From an uncultured Chloroflexia bacterium (GTDB taxonomy: Bacteria > Chloroflexota > Limnocylindria > Limnocylindrales > CSP1-4), in contig CAWEZH010000003.1 of the NCBI GenBank assembly GCA_963813535.1, forward strand, positions 64,001-128,000: 64,000 nucleotides of DNA. The letters run 5' to 3'. The number at the start of each line of letters is the position of its first letter. The first letter of the stretch is position 1. Position numbers and translations under genes: made by a program. Below the pieces are notes generated by a model that was not told the origin of the DNA, searched no databases, and worked only from the letters and a program-made list of their open reading frames with translations. Shown piece after piece: positions 59,551-64,000 of the stretch.

Positions 59551-60357
59551 CTATGCGGTCGCGTGGACCGGTGGCGCTGTCTGGCGCTCCGGGACCGTCC
59601 CGCCGAGGCGGACCGAGATGGCGGTGGCCGCTTCGCGCGCCTGGGCCGCCAGCTCGGGGATGCGCCGCGGGGTGAGGCGGAACGCCGGCCCCCAGATGTC
59701 GACCGCGGCGACCACGTTGCCGCGCGCGTCGTGGATGGGGGCGGCGACCGCATTCAACCCCAGCTCGTATTCGCCGCTGGCCGTCGCGTAGCCTCGCCGG
59801 CGGATGCGTGCCAGCTCCTCGAGGAGTGGCTCCAGCTCGACGATCGTCCGCTCGGTGTACTGGATCAGCCCGCGGCGCACGATCCGGAGCACCTCGCGCT
59901 CGGCCAGCGAGGACATGAGGACCTTGCCCGACGCCACGCAATGGAGCGGTGTCGAGCGCCCGGTCCAGTCCCCCACCGCGATGAGGTTCGGGCCGTCGAC
60001 CTGGGCGACCGTCAGCAGCGACTCGCCGTCCAGGATCCCGACGCCTGTCGTCTCGTGCGTCAACCGCGCGAGCCGCTCGAGCTCCGGCATGGCGATCCCG
60101 CGGAGGTCGAGGGTCCGCTCTGCACGCTCCGCGAGGCGGATCACGACCAGCCCCAATCGGTACTTGCCGGTCTCGTCGTCCTGCTCGACGAGCCCCCGCT
60201 TCTGGAGCGTCGCGAGCAGGCGCGACGCCGTCGATTTGTGCAGTCCGAGACGGCGCGCGAGCTCGGTCACGCCCGCCTCGCCCTGCGAGTCGCCGAGGGC
60301 CAGGAGCAGGGCAGCCGCCCGGTCGACCGAACGGACCGCGTTACCGTCAAGCACCAT
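59551..60357 (-). CDS. IclR-family transcriptional regulator
   Basis: VRSVDRA..GVTELARRLGLHKSTASRLL; PLHCVASGK; IRRRGYA; AVAAPI. Confidence 0.93.
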   Translation of the reverse strand: MVLDGNAVRSVDRAAALLLALGDSQGEAGVTELARRLGLHKSTASRLLATLQKRGLVEQDDETGKYRLGLVVIRLAERAERTLDLRGIAMPELERLARLTHETTGVGILDGESLLTVAQVDGPNLIAVGDWTGRSTPLHCVASGKVLMSSLAEREVLRIVRRGLIQYTERTIVELEPLLEELARIRRRGYATASGEYELGLNAVAAPIHDARGNVVAAVDIWGPAFRLTPRRIPELAAQAREAATAISVRLGGTVPERQTAPPVHATA

Positions 60358-60369
60358 CAGACAAGCCCG

Positions 60370-61770
60370 TCAACCGGCCGCCGGCGACGACATGCCGCCA
60401 TGCGGCGTCGGGGCCGGGCCACCATGCGCTCGGTCGTCGAGCGCCGCGTCGAGCGACTCCTGGAACGACGTCAGGACTCGATCGATGATGTCGGCATCGG
60501 CGTGGGCCTCGCAGATGAACCATGGTTCCCGCGAATCCGGCTCCGGCATCGCGCCACGCGCGTGCATCCCGATGGCGATCGCGTCGTACAGGTCGTGGTC
60601 GCTGGTCGCCCAGTCCCGATACTCGGTCGCGAGCTCCTCGCGGAACATGATCCCGAACATCGACGGGTGCCCCGTGAAGTGGTACGGGATGCCGGTCGGG
60701 TCGAGGATCTCCTTCAGACCGTCCTGGATCGTGCGGCCCGTCGCGTGGATCGTGTCGAGGGCGTTGGTGTCGCGCAGGATCTCGAGGGTCTTCACGGCTG
60801 CCGCCGCTGCGACGCGGTTGCCGGCGTACGTCCCGCCATGACTGACCTTCTCAGGCAGCATCTCCATGACCTCGCGCCGGCCACCGAAGGCCGCTGCCGG
60901 ATAGCCGTTGCCCATGGCCTTGGCGAACGAGGCGAGGTCGGGCTTGATGCCGAAGTACTCGGCGGCGCCGCCGCGTGCCAGCCGGAACCCGGTCTTGACC
61001 TCGTCGAAGATCAGGAGGATGCCGAACTCCTCGGTCAACGCGCGCATCTGCTGGTGGAAGCCAGGCTCGGGCATGATGGCCTGCGCGTTGCCGAGGACCG
61101 GTTCGACGATGACGGCGGCGATCTCCTCGCCGCGCTCCTCGAACAGCGCGCGCAGTCTATCGATCCGGTTGTAGCGGGCTGGGATGATGGTGTCGGCGAC
61201 CGCGCCGGGGATGCCGCGACCCCACGCGAGGGCCACGGGCGCATCGGCATCGCCGAGCTCGGCCATGTCGTCCGGGCCCACGCTGATCAGCGCGTAGTCG
61301 TGGACGCCGTGGTACTGGCCCTCGAACTTCACGATGCGCTCGCGGCCCGTATAGGCGCGGGCGATGCGCATCAGGTGCATGGTCGCCTCGGTGCCCGAGA
61401 CCGTCATGCGCGCCATGTCCACCCAGCCGGTCAGCTCGCACACCAGCTCGATGGCGCGGATCTCGTCCTCGCTCGTCAGGCTGAAGCTGACACCCCGACG
61501 CATCCGCTCGTTGACGTAGTCATCGACCCGCGCGTCGCCGTGCCCGAGGATGACCGGCCCGTAGCCCATCCGCAGGTCGACGTACTCGTTGCCGTCGGCA
61601 TCCCACACCATGCCGCCCTCGCCGCGATCCACGTAGATCGTGCTGTCGCCCCACGCCCGGAAGTTCGAGTCGGTGCCTCCGGGGAGGTGCTCCAGAGCGC
61701 GCCGGTAGAGCGCCGCCTGGCGATCGCGGCGAAGGAACGGGGTCGACGTGGTGGCGGGCTCCGTGGCCAT
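60370..61770 (-). CDS. class III aminotransferase (GSA aminomutase-like)
   Basis: WDADGNEYVD, ILGH, SGTEA, FEGQYHG, FDEVKTGFR, FAKAMGNG, HGGTY. Confidence 0.88.
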   Translation of the reverse strand: MATEPATTSTPFLRRDRQAALYRRALEHLPGGTDSNFRAWGDSTIYVDRGEGGMVWDADGNEYVDLRMGYGPVILGHGDARVDDYVNERMRRGVSFSLTSEDEIRAIELVCELTGWVDMARMTVSGTEATMHLMRIARAYTGRERIVKFEGQYHGVHDYALISVGPDDMAELGDADAPVALAWGRGIPGAVADTIIPARYNRIDRLRALFEERGEEIAAVIVEPVLGNAQAIMPEPGFHQQMRALTEEFGILLIFDEVKTGFRLARGGAAEYFGIKPDLASFAKAMGNGYPAAAFGGRREVMEMLPEKVSHGGTYAGNRVAAAAAVKTLEILRDTNALDTIHATGRTIQDGLKEILDPTGIPYHFTGHPSMFGIMFREELATEYRDWATSDHDLYDAIAIGMHARGAMPEPDSREPWFICEAHADADIIDRVLTSFQESLDAALDDRAHGGPAPTPHGGMSSPAAG

Positions 61771-61817
61771 GAAGTCCTCGGGTGCGGGTTCCGGGTGGCC
61801 CGGTCCGTGGGACGGGC

Positions 61818-61876
61818 GTTGCGCGATACGAGACGCGCGGGGGCCCATGCTGACATACCGCCAGCGCGGCCGTCAA
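61818..61876 (-). promoter_or_regulatory. promoter TTGACG-N18-CAGCAT with a downstream imperfect palindrome (possible IclR operator)
   Basis: -35 at 61871-61876, -10 at 61847-61852; GTTGCG-N5-CGAGAC at 61818-61834. Confidence 0.45.
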
Positions 61877-61964
61877 TGCGAGATTCGTCGGTATCGGTCG
61901 CATCAGGTGCGAATGGCGGCCCGCACGCTCCGCCGGACAAGGCGACGCGCAGCGCCGGTCCGAA

Positions 61965-62396
61965 TCAGCGCCACGTGGCGATGAGCATGGCCACGATCAC
62001 GAGCGACACCACGTGATACGCGCCGCTGATGACGAACCAGGTCCACGGCTTCGGCTTGTTCGGGTCGAAGACGGCATCCGTCGCCGTCACGGTCAACGCG
62101 TAGCCCACACCGAGCACCAGGCCAAGGACGACACCCTCCTGGAGCGTGTCCGTGCCGGTCGCCGCGGCAAGCAGTCCGGTCGCGATCGATGCCACGAGAT
62201 AGAACAGCGCCGGGCCGGCGTAGCTGACCGGGTTCATCTCCGGTCGCGGGCGCGACTCGTCCCAGCCGATCGACGCCATCCACGGTCGGCCGAACACCGC
62301 CGGCGCGAACCACGCTGCGCCGATCACGAAGTAGATGACCGCGCCGACCAACACGGCAAGCCAGTTGAGCTGACTGATATCGAGGCTCATCGCCAT
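61965..62396 (-). CDS. DUF1761 family membrane protein
   Basis: LNWLAVLVGA..GAAWF.P.VFGRPW; ISGAYH; four TMs. Confidence 0.82.
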   Translation of the reverse strand: MAMSLDISQLNWLAVLVGAVIYFVIGAAWFAPAVFGRPWMASIGWDESRPRPEMNPVSYAGPALFYLVASIATGLLAAATGTDTLQEGVVLGLVLGVGYALTVTATDAVFDPNKPKPWTWFVISGAYHVVSLVIVAMLIATWR

Positions 62397-62470
62397 CCCT
62401 CCACTGCCCTCTGGCGGCCGACAGCGTAGCCGCCGGATCGACCGCTGCCCAGCGTGCCACGATGCGCGGC

Positions 62471-63856
62471 ATGACCGGGGCCATCTCCTACTGGCTGCGC
62501 GACCCGCCGCCGCCCGGGATCGCCGATCCGCCGCTGGCGTCCGGGGAGCGGCTCGAGGTCGATGTCGCGATCGTCGGCGCCGGGTTCACCGGGCTGTGGA
62601 CGGCGGTCGCCCTGACCGACACCGATCCCAGCCTCCGCGTCGCGGTCCTCGAGATGGAGACGGTCGGCTTCGGCGCGACGGGCCGCAATGGCGGTTTCTG
62701 CGAAGCGAGCCTGACGCACGGCCTGGCGAACGGGATCAAGCACTTCCCCGATGAGCTCGAGACCCTCGAACGCGAAGGGATCGACAACCTCCGGGGGCTC
62801 ATCGCCTTCACCCGCGAGCACCGTATCGAGTGCGACCTCGAGGAGACCGGGACGCTGGCACTCGCCGACCAGGCCTACCAGGTCGACGAGTTCCGGGCAT
62901 GGGTCGACGAGGCCGCAGCGTTCGGTGAGCACCTCGAATTCCTCGACGGCGAGGCGGCTCGGGCGGAGGTGCATTCACCGCTGTGGCACGGGGGCCTGTA
63001 CCGCCCGCCCGGGCGCGATGTCCTGCTCGATCCCACGAAGCTGTGTCGCGGGATCGCCCGAGTCGCCCGTGAGAGAGGTGTGGCCATCCACGAGGGAACA
63101 CGGGTCGCTCGGCTGCGGCGGCGGGCCGGTGGCGTGACGCTCACCACGGCGGGTGGCGCCACCGTCCGGGCGGACCACGCCGTCATCGCGACCTCCGCCT
63201 ACTCGGCGTGGCTGTCGCGCCTGTCCTCGACCTTCGTGCCGGTGTACGACTACGTGCTGGTGTCCGACCCACTGACGCCGGACCAGCGCGAGGCCGTCGG
63301 CTGGCACCGCCGGCAGGGCCTGTCCGACGCGAACAACCAGTTCCACTACTTCCGGCTCACCGCTGACGATCGGATCCTGTGGGGCGGCTACGACGCGATC
63401 CATCACCGGGGCAGCCGTGTGGGGCCGGAGCTCGACCACCGGCCCGCCACGTTCGCCAGGCTCGAATCGCAGTTCCTGCGGGCCTTCCCCCAGCTCGATG
63501 GTCTCGGTTTCCCGTTCCGCTGGGGCGGGGCGATCGACACCACGTCCCGGTTCACCGTCACGTTCGGGAAGCTCTTTGGCGGCCGGGTGTCCTACGCCCT
63601 CGGCTACACCGGTCTCGGGGTCGGCGCCAGTCGATGGGCCGGCGGTGTCGTGCGCGACATGATCCTGCGCCCCGACGAGGAGCGGCTGCGGCTTCGCCTC
63701 GTCACCAGCCCGCCCATCCCGTTCCCACCCGAGCCACTCCGGTCATTGGCGGTCGATACCGTCCGCCAGGAGCTCGACCGCGCGGATCGCAACGATGGCC
63801 GGCGCGGCGTGATCCTGCGCACGCTCGACGCGATCGGCATCGGGTTCGATTCGTAG
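62471..63856 (+). CDS. FAD-dependent oxidoreductase (DAO/PuuB-like amine oxidase)
   Basis: SYW, DVAIVGAGFTGL, GATGRNGG, YFRLT.D.RILWGG, GYTGLGV; alternative start at 62462. Confidence 0.9.
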   Translation: MTGAISYWLRDPPPPGIADPPLASGERLEVDVAIVGAGFTGLWTAVALTDTDPSLRVAVLEMETVGFGATGRNGGFCEASLTHGLANGIKHFPDELETLEREGIDNLRGLIAFTREHRIECDLEETGTLALADQAYQVDEFRAWVDEAAAFGEHLEFLDGEAARAEVHSPLWHGGLYRPPGRDVLLDPTKLCRGIARVARERGVAIHEGTRVARLRRRAGGVTLTTAGGATVRADHAVIATSAYSAWLSRLSSTFVPVYDYVLVSDPLTPDQREAVGWHRRQGLSDANNQFHYFRLTADDRILWGGYDAIHHRGSRVGPELDHRPATFARLESQFLRAFPQLDGLGFPFRWGGAIDTTSRFTVTFGKLFGGRVSYALGYTGLGVGASRWAGGVVRDMILRPDEERLRLRLVTSPPIPFPPEPLRSLAVDTVRQELDRADRNDGRRGVILRTLDAIGIGFDS

Positions 63857-63878
63857 TCGCGGTCGGAGCAGACGCGAC

Positions 63879-63903
63879 GAGGCCCCGCCGGTGGCGGGGC
63901 CTC
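63879..63903. terminator. hairpin between convergent genes
   Basis: GAGGCCCCGCC-ggt-GGCGGGGCCTC 11-bp stem. Confidence 0.65.
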
Positions 63904-63925
63904 TCGGTGTCGGCGGCGCGGTGGT

Positions 63926-64000
63926 CTACGCGCCCGGGATGCGGACCAGCAGGAGCTGGCCTCCCTCGCGCTTGTACAGCCAGTCGGGACCGGCCGGTGC
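63926..64000 (-). CDS. 3' end of a gene running off the window
   Basis: Open frame APAGPDWLYKREGGQLLLVRIPGA* with GC3 bias, ending before the hairpin. Confidence 0.5.
   Translation of the reverse strand, partial: APAGPDWLYKREGGQLLLVRIPGA

Noticed and set aside
63843-63852. tRNA T-loop-like GGTTCGATTC
   Set aside because: It encodes the final GFDS of a CDS and no cloverleaf is present

Overview
Gene-dense, high-GC (about 70% by eye) bacterial chromosome segment with about 60 genes. No rRNA, tRNA, CRISPR array or transposase was found. Gene content suggests Chloroflexota (Limnocylindria-like) or an actinobacterium-like monoderm (inference only): an F420 nitroreductase, C-terminally anchored solute-binding proteins, a multi-GAF/PAS HisKA_3 kinase, DUF6812-like proteins and many apparently leaderless genes. 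Housekeeping and metabolic genes include a DEAD-box helicase, thyX, moaA, acs, purine nucleoside phosphorylase, aquaporin, MscS, two ABC systems and amine-oxidation enzymes. The most interesting candidates are: (1) a GIY-YIG-like domain fused to GreA, preceded by a leaderless 8-codon uORF; (2) a cyclase-STAND-TPR gene next to two stand-alone cNMP-binding proteins, a coupled FOXRED2-like flavoprotein and a Zn-finger microprotein; (3) an acidic coiled-coil protein with an orphan REC-MinD/CpaE ATPase and a DUF6812-like protein; (4) a DnaA-box cluster and structured, RBS-sequestering leader upstream of a PNP-macrodomain-AlkZ operon; (5) recurrent structured leaders with C-rich loops. Two genes carry single-base insertions that are probably assembly errors. 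All family calls come from motif recognition by eye; no searches were run.
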